From an uncultured bacterium (lineage in GTDB: Bacteria > Verrucomicrobiota > Verrucomicrobiia > Verrucomicrobiales > V1-33), in NCBI GenBank assembly GCA_903954065.1, contig CAJBME010000367.1:1302-65301 (forward strand): 64,000 nucleotides of DNA. The letters run 5' to 3'. Of this stretch, positions 33,624 through 43,969 are shown piece after piece; the stretch's first letter is position 1, and the number at the start of each line of letters is the position of its first letter. The notes beneath the pieces are model-generated. The model was not told the DNA's origin. It saw only the letters and a list, made by a program, of their open reading frames with translations, and did not search any database. The position numbers and the translations under genes are program-made.

Positions 33624-36600
33624 ATGATTGCGCTGATGTTTCGACGTTCGGCTGCTGCTTTGGTGGCGGCGGTGGTGGTGGTCTCGTCTGGAGGGGCGAA
33701 GGAACTGGAGGGGGTGTATCAACCGACGCCTGGGCCTTGTCCGACGGTGGCGGAGCAGATGGCCAAAGTGACGTTACCTCCGGGATATGCGCTGCGTTGT
33801 TTTGCCAGCGAGCCGATGGTGGTCAACCCGGTGGCGATGAGTTGGGATCACCGGGGCCGGCTGTGGGTGGTCGAGTTGTATGAGTATCCCTCGGGGGCGT
33901 CGAACCCGAACGATTATGCGAAGACGGCCACTGATGAGATGTTTCGACCCGTGATTAAGACGGGGGCTGGTTCTCCGCGCGACCGGGTTATTATTTTGGA
34001 AGATAGCGACAACGATGGGGTGGCTGACAAGCGCACGGTTTTTGTGGAGGGGTTGAGTTTGGCGACGGCGATTGTGTGTGGGCACGGCGGAGTTTTTGTG
34101 GGGCAGGCGCCCAACATGTTTTTTTTCCGTGATGTGGACGGCGACGATGTGGCTGACGAGTATAAGGCGGTATTGACGGGGTTTGGTTTAGAAGACCGGC
34201 ATGAATTATTAAACAGTTTCACGTGGGGGCCGGATGGACTGATGTATTTCACGCATGGCGTCTTCACGCACAGCCGGGTGCGTCGTCCCACTGACCCTGA
34301 GGGTGAAGGATTTACGTTGAATGCGGGGATTTACCGGGCCGCTTTCGGCCCGGCCCGGCCCGGTCGGCCGGCTCCCACGGTGGAGCGACATGAAGTCTTT
34401 TCTGATGGGACGAGCAATCCGTGGGGGTGTGACTATGATGCGGCTGGAAACTGGTTTGTGGAGGCGTGTGTGATTGATCATCTTTTTCACATGGCCCCGG
34501 GTGGATTGTATGCCCGGCAGGGCGGGGCCCCGGAGAATCCGTATGCCTATGATTTGCTACCGAGCATAGTGCCGGAGGATCATCCTCGGCATTTTCGGGC
34601 GGCCTATGCGGGGATCCAAGTTTATCAGGGAGGGGTGTATCCTGATGATACCCGCGGGCAGCTTTTTTTTGGCAACATTCATGACAATGCCATTCATGAA
34701 GAGCGGGTGGAGCCGGAGGGAGCGACCTTTAAAGCGCATGTCGTGCGCGATTTCTTGAGAGCCAACGATGGATGGTTTCGGCCGGTCAGCATTCAGACAG
34801 GTCCGGATGGATTTCTCTGGGTCATGGACTGGTGTGACAAATACCCCTGTTATCAAAATGCCCAAGCGAACCCTGAAGGAGTGGACCGCGAAAAAGGACG
34901 GATTTGGCGCGTGTGTTACGAGCCGGAGAGCCGTCCGGTGCCGGCCCACTGGCCGTCACGACCCGGAGCGGATATGGATTTGACGACGGTTCCGCCGGCG
35001 GTGCTGCTGGAGAACCTCGGGTCATCGAACAGCTGGTTGGTCCGGAATAGCCGCCAAACGATGATCGAGCAGCTGATGACCGGGAGTGGGGGCGATGAGC
35101 CAGCGGCCCGAGACGAGCTGCGCACCGGACTGTTGCGATTGGCGCGGGCGTCGGGCGACGGGTCATCGGCGCTGGAAGCGTTGCGGATATTGGGATCGAC
35201 GGAGTTTTGTGGTGGCGGGCTGGTGGCGGCGCGTGGGTTTTTCGGGGAAGTGCTGGAGGAGAGGCTGGGGCGAGCGGACGGGGACGGGGCGTTTGAGGTC
35301 GAGTGTCTACGGGCGTTGGCAGCGGTGGCGGCGGCTGACGGAGCGGCTGGCGGTTCCGGGGCGTTTTTGGCTGGGCTGGCGGCGGACGGGCCGTTCGGGC
35401 GGCTAGCGGACGATAGGCGAGCGAGCGTCCGGGCGGCGGTGGCCACTTGGATTCGGCAGGCGGGGGCGAAGAATCTGACGGTGAATCATGATGAAGAGGC
35501 TCATGATTTCACGCCGTGGCAGGAGCGTTTGATCAAGGCGAGCGCGGGGGCCGACCGCACGCTTGGTTTTCTTATTTGGCAGGGCATTGAGCCGGAGCTG
35601 GCGCTGGCGCCTGAGCGTTATGTGCCATGGTTGGCGGCATTGGCGCCGCAGACCAAGCCGCTTTCGGTGGGCTTGACGTACAAGATGATGCGTCGGCTTT
35701 GTGACACGCGGAAGCCAGAGGCGATTGATTTGGCGCTGAAGTTTCTGGATACGGTGGCGGGGGACGGCGACTTGGTGGCGACGGCGCTGGACGGGCTGGT
35801 CAAAGGCCAGGAGGCGGCAGCCATCAAGCCGACGATGGCGACCGAGGCGTATTTTGCCCGCTGGGCGGCGCACGAACGCGAGGATGTGCGCAACTTTTCG
35901 CAAAAGCTGGCGACCTTCTGGGGTGATGCCAATGCCATTGCCTCCCTGATGGCCAAGGCGCTTTCGGAAACAACGAGCCTGGAGGAACGCATCTCCGCCA
36001 TTCAGACGGTGCGAAAGTTGCGTGAGGAACGGGCCCGGGCCGGTATGGCTGCGTTACTCGAAATCAAGACACCGGATGCTTTGACCATCGAGGTTCTGCG
36101 CGCGGCGGCCGAGCTGGGCGGGCGCCATTTTCCCACTTTGATATTGAGGGCATGGCGGTTGTATCCGCCCGCCCTTCGGGCGACGGCGGCTGAAGTGTTG
36201 ACCTCACGGCCTGAGTGGGCGAGCCGCCTCTTGGACGCGGTGGAAGGCAAAGGGGTGACCTTTGGCGGATTTGATCCCGCCACTCTGCCGGTCACGGTGC
36301 GCCGGTATTTTGCCACGGCGGCGCCAGACGAAATCAAAGCCCGGGCTCAATCCCTGCTGGGCACATGGAACGAGACCGGGGGAGATGTGAAGGCGCTAAT
36401 CACCCGCAAACGCGCGGCGGCACTGACCGGGGAACCGGACCTCGAGAACGGAAAAGCTGTCTTCACGGCGACTTGCGCTACCTGCCATGTGTTTCATGGC
36501 GGCGGGCAGGCCGTCGGTCCGGAATTGATCGGCTCGGGCCGGTCGAGCCTCGACGCACTACTCAATAACATCATCAATCCCAACCAGATCATTGGCAACG

Positions 36601-37382
36601 GATACCAAAATATCGTCATTACCACCAAGGACGGTCGCACTTTGAGTGGAAGGATGACCGAAGACACGCCGACGCGCGTGCGCGTGCTGGGTATTGGCGC
36701 CCGCGAGGAAGTCGTGGCCCGGGATCAGATCGAGACCCTGCAGGACACCGGCGTCAGCCTGATGCCGGCGGGATTCGGGGAACTGCCGGATGAGATGATG
36801 CGTGACCTCGTCTGGTACTTGCTGGCGCCGCCCGAAGAAGGGCCGTTGACCTCGGAAAAGAAAGCCGCACTGGCTGCCCCGGTGACCGAACTCGCCGCGA
36901 CGGCGGCCGCCGTTCCTTCTGAAGAGGGCAACGACTTTCCGGAAGATGCTGCCCGCATCGACTGGGAAAGCGTCAGCCTCTGGCAACCCGATTGGAAAGT
37001 GGTGGCCCCCGAATTCGAGGGCACCCCGCGCAAACATATCGATTTCGAAGGCCGCAAAAACGTCCTGCAATTGCATCCGTTTCCGCCGCAGCCGGAGCGT
37101 CGTCCCGCCCGCCTGATTCGCACTCTCACCGTGCCCGCCGACGGGGAGCCGACCCTCACCTTCGAATGCGCCAGTCATGCGCTCGGCGACTGGGACCTCG
37201 TCGTCCAGATCAACGGAGAAATCGTGCAAAAAACTGTCATCGCCCCGGCTGATCAGCGATGGCATCAGCAGTCAGTCCCGCTGTCCCGCTGGCGCGGCCA
37301 GACCATCGAAATCAGCCTCGAAAATCATGCGAGCGCTTGGCTGTACGAGTTTTCTTATTGGGCAGAATTAACCCTTCGCTAG
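33624..37382 (+). CDS. PVC-type haem-binding CxxCH protein (membrane-bound dehydrogenase-like N-domain, HEAT-like repeats, cytochrome c domain)
   Basis: N-terminus LPPGYALRCFASEPMVVNPVAMSWDHRGRLWVVE...DSDNDGVADK, a long helical-repeat middle, and c-type haem motif GKAVFTATCATCHVFHGGGQAVGPELIG. Confidence 0.85.
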   Translation: MIALMFRRSAAALVAAVVVVSSGGAKELEGVYQPTPGPCPTVAEQMAKVTLPPGYALRCFASEPMVVNPVAMSWDHRGRLWVVELYEYPSGASNPNDYAKTATDEMFRPVIKTGAGSPRDRVIILEDSDNDGVADKRTVFVEGLSLATAIVCGHGGVFVGQAPNMFFFRDVDGDDVADEYKAVLTGFGLEDRHELLNSFTWGPDGLMYFTHGVFTHSRVRRPTDPEGEGFTLNAGIYRAAFGPARPGRPAPTVERHEVFSDGTSNPWGCDYDAAGNWFVEACVIDHLFHMAPGGLYARQGGAPENPYAYDLLPSIVPEDHPRHFRAAYAGIQVYQGGVYPDDTRGQLFFGNIHDNAIHEERVEPEGATFKAHVVRDFLRANDGWFRPVSIQTGPDGFLWVMDWCDKYPCYQNAQANPEGVDREKGRIWRVCYEPESRPVPAHWPSRPGADMDLTTVPPAVLLENLGSSNSWLVRNSRQTMIEQLMTGSGGDEPAARDELRTGLLRLARASGDGSSALEALRILGSTEFCGGGLVAARGFFGEVLEERLGRADGDGAFEVECLRALAAVAAADGAAGGSGAFLAGLAADGPFGRLADDRRASVRAAVATWIRQAGAKNLTVNHDEEAHDFTPWQERLIKASAGADRTLGFLIWQGIEPELALAPERYVPWLAALAPQTKPLSVGLTYKMMRRLCDTRKPEAIDLALKFLDTVAGDGDLVATALDGLVKGQEAAAIKPTMATEAYFARWAAHEREDVRNFSQKLATFWGDANAIASLMAKALSETTSLEERISAIQTVRKLREERARAGMAALLEIKTPDALTIEVLRAAAELGGRHFPTLILRAWRLYPPALRATAAEVLTSRPEWASRLLDAVEGKGVTFGGFDPATLPVTVRRYFATAAPDEIKARAQSLLGTWNETGGDVKALITRKRAAALTGEPDLENGKAVFTATCATCHVFHGGGQAVGPELIGSGRSSLDALLNNIINPNQIIGNGYQNIVITTKDGRTLSGRMTEDTPTRVRVLGIGAREEVVARDQIETLQDTGVSLMPAGFGELPDEMMRDLVWYLLAPPEEGPLTSEKKAALAAPVTELAATAAAVPSEEGNDFPEDAARIDWESVSLWQPDWKVVAPEFEGTPRKHIDFEGRKNVLQLHPFPPQPERRPARLIRTLTVPADGEPTLTFECASHALGDWDLVVQINGEIVQKTVIAPADQRWHQQSVPLSRWRGQTIEISLENHASAWLYEFSYWAELTLR

Positions 37383-37390
37383 CCGCCGGA

Positions 37391-37436
37391 CCACGCGGGA
37401 AAAACGAGCGTGGGGGCAAAGGGAAAAATAATGCCC
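37391..37436 (+). other. twin stem-loops, each displaying GGGAAAAA in the loop
   Basis: CCACGC (37391-96) pairs with GCGTGG (37408-13); loop GGGAAAAACGA. GGGCA (37414-18) pairs with TGCCC (37432-36); loop AAGGGAAAAATAA. It starts 9 nt after the stop of the haem-protein gene. Confidence 0.5.
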
Positions 37437-37550
37437 ACGTGGACATGTGCCATAATGACGCGTTTCCGATTGAAGTATAAGAAAATCTTATGCAAAAACA
37501 CCTAAATCGTGGCGGTTTCGACAAATTGCGGGGCTGGCGACGTTTTTTTC

Positions 37551-37578
37551 GTGACAGGTGGGGGGAATTTTTTTAAAT
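37551..37578 (+). promoter_or_regulatory. possible sigma70-like promoter of the LamG gene
   Basis: GTGACA (37551-56), 16-nt spacer, TTAAAT (37573-78), inside the AT-rich 250-nt spacer and about 55 nt upstream of the ATG at 37633. This is a pattern match only. Confidence 0.25.
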
Positions 37579-37632
37579 AAGAAGATTGTGGGTCGAAATG
37601 TTTTCGGCCCTGAGTCCCTCAACTATTGGCAT

Positions 37633-40600
37633 ATGAAAAAGCAATTTCTGGGTGTTTTAACACCTTTAATTCTTGGTCTATCCCCCGGCGTTTCGGCGGG
37701 GGATCTGATCGCATTTTGGAACTTTGATACTGTGAGCGATGGCATGGCGATTGACGCGCAAGCGGGCAATGTCGGCGTGCTTTTGAACGGTGCTCAATTC
37801 ACCAGTGCGGGCACGGGGCGGACCGGTACGGGGACGGACCGGGCGATGTTGTTTGGCAACGATCGTCACCGGATGCATGTCACGGACGCGTCGTTTTTGA
37901 ATGCGGCTGGCGAGGCCAATGCGCTTTCGATTTCGTTCTGGCAGAATTTGGCTGAGCTGCGCAACCAGACGACCTTTTTCGCGAATTCGGCGACAGTGCA
38001 GCGGGCGTTCAGCGCGCACACGCCGTGGAGCAACGGTACAATTTATTGGGACACGGCCGGCTGTTGTGATGAGGGCACGCAGCGGGTTTTTGTTGATCCG
38101 GGAGCGACTTGGCTTTCGACGTGGAATCACATTGTTTTGGTCAAGAGTGGCGATGCCAAAATCATCTATGTCAATGGTGTAGAGGTGCTTAACGGCGTCA
38201 ATACGGGCCCATTGCCAACCGACTTCACTGAGCTTTTCATTGGCAACTCGTCGAATCAAGCTGAAGCGGTGAGCGGTTCGTTGGATGATGTCGCTTTCTT
38301 CAAGCGCGAGCTGACGCCGGCGGAAGTGGCTAGTTTGGCAGGCGGCGCCAGTCCGGCGTCGATTGACCCACCGAATGACACCGACAGCGACGGATTGCCG
38401 GACGCGTGGGAGCTTCGTTTTGCGGCGGACCTGAATGTGTTGACGGCGACTGGCGATGCGGACAGCGACGGATTGGCCAATGCGGCTGAGTTTTCCGGAG
38501 CCACCAAACCGACCAGCAACGACACCGATGCTGACGGCTTCCTGGACGGGGTGGAAACCAAGACGGGGACTTGGGTGAGTGCCACGAATACAGGGACGAG
38601 CCCGGTTATCGCGGACACGGACGGCGACGGTCTCAAAGACGGCGCTGAGAATAATTCCGGTGTGTTTGTGAGTGTGACAGCTGCTGGCACCAACCCGTTG
38701 GTGATGGACACCGATGGTGACGGATTTGGCGACGGGGCAGAAGCCTTGTATAGCAGCGCGAATCCGACCAATGAGGCCTCGCGTCCGCTGCGTCCGGGTC
38801 TGCTCGACTTGTTGGCCTACTGGGATTTCAACAACGATGGCAATCCGACCGAAACGTTGGACAAAGTCCGGAATTTCCCGGGCACGTTGAAGGACGGCAC
38901 TCTTTATAGTGCGGATGCGGGCGGTCGCACGGGCCAGCCTGGCGACAAGGCGGTGGACATGGGTGCTGCCGGCAACAGCGGCACCGGGGTCATTGTGGAA
39001 GGCGGTGGCTTCTTGAATATTGCGGGTGCGCAAAACCAAGTGGCGATCTCGTTCTGGCAAAACCTCTCGGGTACGCCGGATTCGTCCTCGATGTATGCGC
39101 AGTCGGCGACGGTGGAGCGCGGCATCAATGTGCATTCTCCATGGTCGAATGGTAATATCTATTTTGACACGAGCGGCTGTTGCGATGGTGGCACACAGCG
39201 GATTGATGTTGCTGGTGGTCTGACGCCAGGGGTGTGGGAGCACGTGGTGTTGAACAAAAACGGCAACACCAAGGCCATCTGGGTCAATGGGGTGAAAATC
39301 AAAGAGGGTACCAATACTTCTCCTCTGGCGACGAATTTCACACGGTTCTTCATGGGTACCGATGGCGGTGCTTTGAATATGGCGGGCCTGATTGACGACG
39401 TCGCGGTCTATGCGGATGCGCTGACCGATGCGCAGATTGCTCAGCTTTTTGCCGGCACCAAGCCGAACGATCCGGCTTTGGTTCCGCCGAACACCGACTC
39501 TGACGGTGACGGTATGCAGGACGCTTACGAATTGGCCAACGGACTCAATCCGAATGTGGATGACCGTGCGGGCGACCTCGACACTGACGGATTGACGAAC
39601 CTCACCGAATTCAACCTCGGCACGCTTCCGAACAATGCGGACAGCGACAGTGACACCCTCAAAGATGGTGTGGAAACGAAGACCGGCACTTGGGTCAGTG
39701 CGACCAATACCGGAACGGATCCATTGAAAGCAGACACCGATGGCGATGCCTTGGCCGACGCCGTGGAAACGAATACCGGCGCTTTTGTCAGCCTGACCAA
39801 TACCGGCACCGATCCGAATAAGGGCGACACTGACGGCGACAAATGGCCTGATTTGACCGAAATCCAGTGGCCTTCGAATCCTGCACTCAAGTCATCCGTG
39901 CCAGCTCTGGACTCGGCTAAGCTTGATCTCCTTGCTTATTGGGATTTCAACGACAACTCCAGCCCTAAAACGGCTCGGGATCTTCAGCACGGTTTTGAAG
40001 CCAATTTCTTTGGTGATGCGACCGCGTTCTCTGATGGTGGACTGGGAGCTAGCGGTGCTGCGACCGATCGCGCGCTGGACCTCGGTGTGGCGGGTGGCAA
40101 CAATGGTGCGCATGTCAGCGGAGCCAAGTGGTTTGGTCTGGGCGTGCCGAAGGGCAAGGTGATGAGCAACCTTGGTTCTTTGGGTGAAGATGGCGATATG
40201 CGTCCGGGTGCGGGTGTGTTCGGGGTGCCAGGTGCACTCACGGGCAGCACGGACACGGCGATCAACTTGCCATCCGTCCTCAATACCGCGGTGCCCTACA
40301 ATAGTGCCTTAAATCCGTCAGGTGCTTGGACGGCGGAAGCGTGGGTCAACCCAGCCGCAGCCAATCCAGCTGGTACACTGACCTGCGTCCTGTCCTCCGG
40401 CGACTTTGCGGCTCCACGTAAGGGGTGGCTGATCTATCAAAGCGACACCGGTTGGAACCTGCGGACATATTACAGCGATGGTCTGGCCACCGCGGTTAAC
40501 ATCACGGGTGATAACGGGGCGGCTCCGACGCCCGGAGCTTGGACCCATCTCGTCGCTTCATGGGACGGCACGGTGGCTCGGCTTTATGTCGACGGTGTGC

Positions 40601-41586
40601 TGCGTGTGACCAGCGATCCGAAGCCTTATGTGGCGGGTGTAGCTGGCGGATTTGCGGTCGGCTCACGTGCGGATGCTGGCTTTGCCTGGAACGGTGATGC
40701 GGACGAAGTGGCCTTCTACAACACGGCTCTTTCTGACGCGGTCATCCTTGATCACTACAACAACGCCAAAGCGGCCGCGCCCGCTCAGCCGTACAACGCC
40801 CTCGTGCTTGCTTCTAATCCAGTGGGTTACTGGCGCATGACGGACTCGACTCCTGGCGATGTGCCGCCTGATCAGGTGGCCGTCTCTTTCTGGCAGAAGC
40901 TGGATGCGACCAGTGATAGCAGCGCCTTCTGGGCTTCTTCCCCGAGCAGCAGCTCCAATGAGCGCGGTTTCCAGGCGCACGCGCCATGGTCCAACGGCAA
41001 CATCTACTTCGACACGGCCGGGTGTTGCGCTTCACCGGCGCAGCGTTTGGAAGGTCCGGGTGAAGCGGTGGTCGGCGAGTGGCAGCACTTCGTCTTCCAA
41101 AAGAATGGTGGCAGCAAACAAGTCTGGCGCGATGGCACCATGATTCTCTCCGGAGAAGATGCCGCCACCCTGCCGAACGACTTCACTCGTCTGACCATCG
41201 GCGCTGAACCCGCCGGATCCGGCGGTGTCAATGCCACTCGCGGTTTGATCGATGAATTCGCCGTCTTCGGCGAAGCCCTCACTGAAGCGCAGATTCAGCG
41301 GCTGGCCGCTGGCGAAAGCGCCAAGTCCTTGGTGGGTGGTGGTGGCACCCCGATTGAGTTCACCTCGGTGAGCTACGATCCAGCCACCAATCAGTTGACG
41401 CTGACTTGGAAATCCCAGCCCGGCAGCACCTACACGCTGCAAGCGTCTCAGACGCTTCGCACTTGGCCACTCGAGTTGAACGATAACATCGCCTCCGGCG
41501 GCGCTACGACAACCTTCACGCACACTGTGACCAACTTGCCTGGTGCTGCGCCCGCTCTCTTCTACCGCGTAAAGCAGAATCCATAA
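37633..41586 (+). CDS. secreted multi-LamG (concanavalin-like lectin) protein with thrombospondin type-3-like Ca-binding repeats
   Basis: Signal peptide MKKQFLGVLTPLILGLSPGVSAG. Three paralogous LamG-like modules share ..SFWQ.L...(R/S)..F.AH.PWSNG.IY.DT.GCC...QR. One canonical Laminin_G_3 domain (WTAEAWVNP...WTHLVASWDGTVARLYVDGV...DEVAFYNTALS) is present. DxDxDG repeats (DTDSDGLPDAWE, DTDGDGLKDGAE, DTDGDALADAVE) occur throughout. C-terminal ~80-aa beta domain ...FYRVKQNP. Confidence 0.8.
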   Translation: MKKQFLGVLTPLILGLSPGVSAGDLIAFWNFDTVSDGMAIDAQAGNVGVLLNGAQFTSAGTGRTGTGTDRAMLFGNDRHRMHVTDASFLNAAGEANALSISFWQNLAELRNQTTFFANSATVQRAFSAHTPWSNGTIYWDTAGCCDEGTQRVFVDPGATWLSTWNHIVLVKSGDAKIIYVNGVEVLNGVNTGPLPTDFTELFIGNSSNQAEAVSGSLDDVAFFKRELTPAEVASLAGGASPASIDPPNDTDSDGLPDAWELRFAADLNVLTATGDADSDGLANAAEFSGATKPTSNDTDADGFLDGVETKTGTWVSATNTGTSPVIADTDGDGLKDGAENNSGVFVSVTAAGTNPLVMDTDGDGFGDGAEALYSSANPTNEASRPLRPGLLDLLAYWDFNNDGNPTETLDKVRNFPGTLKDGTLYSADAGGRTGQPGDKAVDMGAAGNSGTGVIVEGGGFLNIAGAQNQVAISFWQNLSGTPDSSSMYAQSATVERGINVHSPWSNGNIYFDTSGCCDGGTQRIDVAGGLTPGVWEHVVLNKNGNTKAIWVNGVKIKEGTNTSPLATNFTRFFMGTDGGALNMAGLIDDVAVYADALTDAQIAQLFAGTKPNDPALVPPNTDSDGDGMQDAYELANGLNPNVDDRAGDLDTDGLTNLTEFNLGTLPNNADSDSDTLKDGVETKTGTWVSATNTGTDPLKADTDGDALADAVETNTGAFVSLTNTGTDPNKGDTDGDKWPDLTEIQWPSNPALKSSVPALDSAKLDLLAYWDFNDNSSPKTARDLQHGFEANFFGDATAFSDGGLGASGAATDRALDLGVAGGNNGAHVSGAKWFGLGVPKGKVMSNLGSLGEDGDMRPGAGVFGVPGALTGSTDTAINLPSVLNTAVPYNSALNPSGAWTAEAWVNPAAANPAGTLTCVLSSGDFAAPRKGWLIYQSDTGWNLRTYYSDGLATAVNITGDNGAAPTPGAWTHLVASWDGTVARLYVDGVLRVTSDPKPYVAGVAGGFAVGSRADAGFAWNGDADEVAFYNTALSDAVILDHYNNAKAAAPAQPYNALVLASNPVGYWRMTDSTPGDVPPDQVAVSFWQKLDATSDSSAFWASSPSSSSNERGFQAHAPWSNGNIYFDTAGCCASPAQRLEGPGEAVVGEWQHFVFQKNGGSKQVWRDGTMILSGEDAATLPNDFTRLTIGAEPAGSGGVNATRGLIDEFAVFGEALTEAQIQRLAAGESAKSLVGGGGTPIEFTSVSYDPATNQLTLTWKSQPGSTYTLQASQTLRTWPLELNDNIASGGATTTFTHTVTNLPGAAPALFYRVKQNP

Positions 41587-41645
41587 TGTATCATAGCCCA
41601 TGGCTCCATGTTCTCATGGGGCCATGAAGCGATGAACTCTTCCGG

Positions 41646-41683
41646 CCCGCCGCCACCCTTCAGGGAGGCGGCGGGTTTTTTTT
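41646..41683 (+). terminator. rho-independent terminator of the LamG gene
   Basis: CCCGCCGCC-A-CCCT-TC-AGGG-A-GGCGGCGGG followed by TTTTTTTT, about 60 nt after the stop. Confidence 0.85.
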
Positions 41684-41755
41684 GCGGTATGGGATAGAAG
41701 CCCCGATTTACCCTCTGCGGTGTTCCTTCAGAACTCACCTTTTCTCCTTTCTTGT

Positions 41756-43969
41756 ATGACCCGCGCAGCCGCTTCCAACGCGCCTCTCCAAAGCACTTCC
41801 TCTCAGAAACAATGCACTCATAAGACATTATTGTCTTTCTTATTGAGCAGCCTGTTTTGGGCTCCCGCGGGCTCGGTCTTTGCGGATGTGGTCGCGTTGT
41901 CCTACAACAAAGACATTCGTCCGATTCTTTCCGACAAGTGTTTCTCTTGTCACGGGCCGGATGTGAAGCAGCGCAAGGCGGGGCTGCGTCTGGATACGGC
42001 CGAGGGTGCCTATGGAAAGTCCGAGAGCGAAACGGTGGCGGTGGTGCCGGGGGATTTGAATCAGAGCGAGGTCTGGGCGCGGATTACCACATCGGAGAAA
42101 GACGAAGCAATGCCTCCGTCAAAGAGCAATAAAGTGCTCACGGCGGCGCAGCGGGAATTGTTGGGGCGCTGGATCGCGGAGGGCGCTCGCTACGAGCCAC
42201 ATTGGGCGTTTGTTCCGCCGCAAAAGCCTGCGCTGCCGGAAATCGGCAACCCACACTCTACGATTCGCAACCCCATCGATCACTTCGTCCTCGCACGACT
42301 GGAGCAGAGGGGACTTTCACCATCGCCAGAGGCGGAACGCACGACGCTCATCCGCCGCGTCACGCTTGATCTCACGGGATTGCCTCCGACGGTCGCTGAG
42401 CTGGACGCTTTCCTGGCGGATTCCTCGCCACAGGCCTACGAAAGTGTGGTGGACCGGCTGATGGCCACGCGGGATTACGCGGAGCGTCGTGCTCAGGACT
42501 GGCTGGATCTGGCGCGTTATGCGGACACGCGGGGCTTTGCCGACGACAAGCCGCGCGATATCTGGCCTTTTCGCGAGTGGGTGATTACGGCGCTGCAGCG
42601 CAACCAACCGTTCGATCAATTCACCATCGAGCAGCTAGCTGGCGACATGCTGCCGGAAGCGACGACCGAACAACGCATCGCGTCTGCTTTTCACCGCAAC
42701 GCACCACAGGCCAAAGGGAACACATATCCTGTGGAGGAGTACCGCCTCAAAGGCGTCGTGGACCGGGTGAATACCACCGGGACCGTCTGGCTAGGCCTCA
42801 CGGTGGGCTGCGCGGAGTGCCACGATCACAAGTTCGATCCGTTTTCGCAGGCGGATTACTATCGGCTTTTTGCTTTGTTTAATAACATCGAGCACTCGGG
42901 CGAGGGATTCGAGCAGGGCGGGCCGCATTTGGAAATCGAACTGGCCGATCAATCGAAGGTCTCGGTGCCGGTGATGAAAGAACGTGAGCAGCCGCGCGAG
43001 ACCTCCATCCACGTCCGGGGAGATTTCCTGACCCTGGGAGAGAAAGTATTGCCGGGAGTTCCCGCGTTTCTCCTTGGCCAAACGGTACAACCGGGCAACC
43101 GGCTGGAGTTCGCTCGTTGGCTGGTGAATGGGAAAAACCCGCTTGTCCCCCGAGTCGTGGTGAATCGTTTCTGGCAGGGTTATTTTGGCCATGGCCTCGT
43201 GCGCACACCGGCGGACTTTGGCCTGCAAGGGGAGTCACCCACGCATCCTGAATTGCTCGACTGGCTCGCCAGTGAGTTCGTCGCCTCCGGCTGGGACATG
43301 AGAGCAATCCACCGACTGATTGTGACCTCGTCGGTGTATCGTCAATCAGCGCGCCTTGCTCCGCAACGCGCTGCGCCAGATCCGCAGAATCGCTTTCTCT
43401 CGTGGATGCCTCGGGGGCGTCTGCCTGCTGAGCAACTTCGCGATCAAGCGCTCGCCGTGAGTGGCCTGCTCAAGCCTGCTGGCCACGGCCGCAGCATCTT
43501 CCCGCCGCAGCCGGACAACTATTGGGAAGATCGGGACCTCCCGGGGACATGGACCGCGAGCACCGGCGATAACCTCCACCGCAAGAGCCTCTATATTTTC
43601 TGGCGACGCTCGGCATTGCACCCAACGATGGAATTGCTCGACGCTCCGGCTCGGGCCGTCTGCACTGCCCTTCGCAGCACCGCAAATCTTCCGACGCAGG
43701 CACTTGTGACGCTCAACGATCCTCTCTTTGTTGAAGCCGCCAGCGCCTTCGCAAAGCGCATCCTTTCCGAAGCGCCTGAAGACAACGGGGCACGTCTGGA
43801 TGTCGCCTTTCGGCTTTGTCTTTGCCGAAAGCCTGACAACGAAGAACGTCGACAGTTTCTCGCTTTCATTGACGGGCAAACCAAGCGCTACGCGGACGAC
43901 CTCCCCGCTGTATGGACGAGCGTTGCAAGCGTGCTCCTGAATCTCGACGAAACTCTCAACAGGCCATGA
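41756..43969 (+). CDS. PSCyt1 + DUF1549 + DUF1553 (PSD1) domain protein
   Basis: Planctomycete cytochrome c motif [30 protein letters not shown]1549 block HWAFVPP...[12 protein letters not shown]...[16 protein letters not shown]1553 block [14 protein letters not shown]...[12 protein letters not shown]. Confidence 0.85.
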   Translation: MTRAAASNAPLQSTSSQKQCTHKTLLSFLLSSLFWAPAGSVFADVVALSYNKDIRPILSDKCFSCHGPDVKQRKAGLRLDTAEGAYGKSESETVAVVPGDLNQSEVWARITTSEKDEAMPPSKSNKVLTAAQRELLGRWIAEGARYEPHWAFVPPQKPALPEIGNPHSTIRNPIDHFVLARLEQRGLSPSPEAERTTLIRRVTLDLTGLPPTVAELDAFLADSSPQAYESVVDRLMATRDYAERRAQDWLDLARYADTRGFADDKPRDIWPFREWVITALQRNQPFDQFTIEQLAGDMLPEATTEQRIASAFHRNAPQAKGNTYPVEEYRLKGVVDRVNTTGTVWLGLTVGCAECHDHKFDPFSQADYYRLFALFNNIEHSGEGFEQGGPHLEIELADQSKVSVPVMKEREQPRETSIHVRGDFLTLGEKVLPGVPAFLLGQTVQPGNRLEFARWLVNGKNPLVPRVVVNRFWQGYFGHGLVRTPADFGLQGESPTHPELLDWLASEFVASGWDMRAIHRLIVTSSVYRQSARLAPQRAAPDPQNRFLSWMPRGRLPAEQLRDQALAVSGLLKPAGHGRSIFPPQPDNYWEDRDLPGTWTASTGDNLHRKSLYIFWRRSALHPTMELLDAPARAVCTALRSTANLPTQALVTLNDPLFVEAASAFAKRILSEAPEDNGARLDVAFRLCLCRKPDNEERRQFLAFIDGQTKRYADDLPAVWTSVASVLLNLDETLNRP

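Noticed and set aside
37678-39243. 521-aa ORF antisense to the LamG gene
   Set aside because: It is Arg/Pro/His-rich with low complexity and no motif. It lies entirely inside a gene with clear domain content on the other strand, which is typical of a GC-driven shadow ORF.
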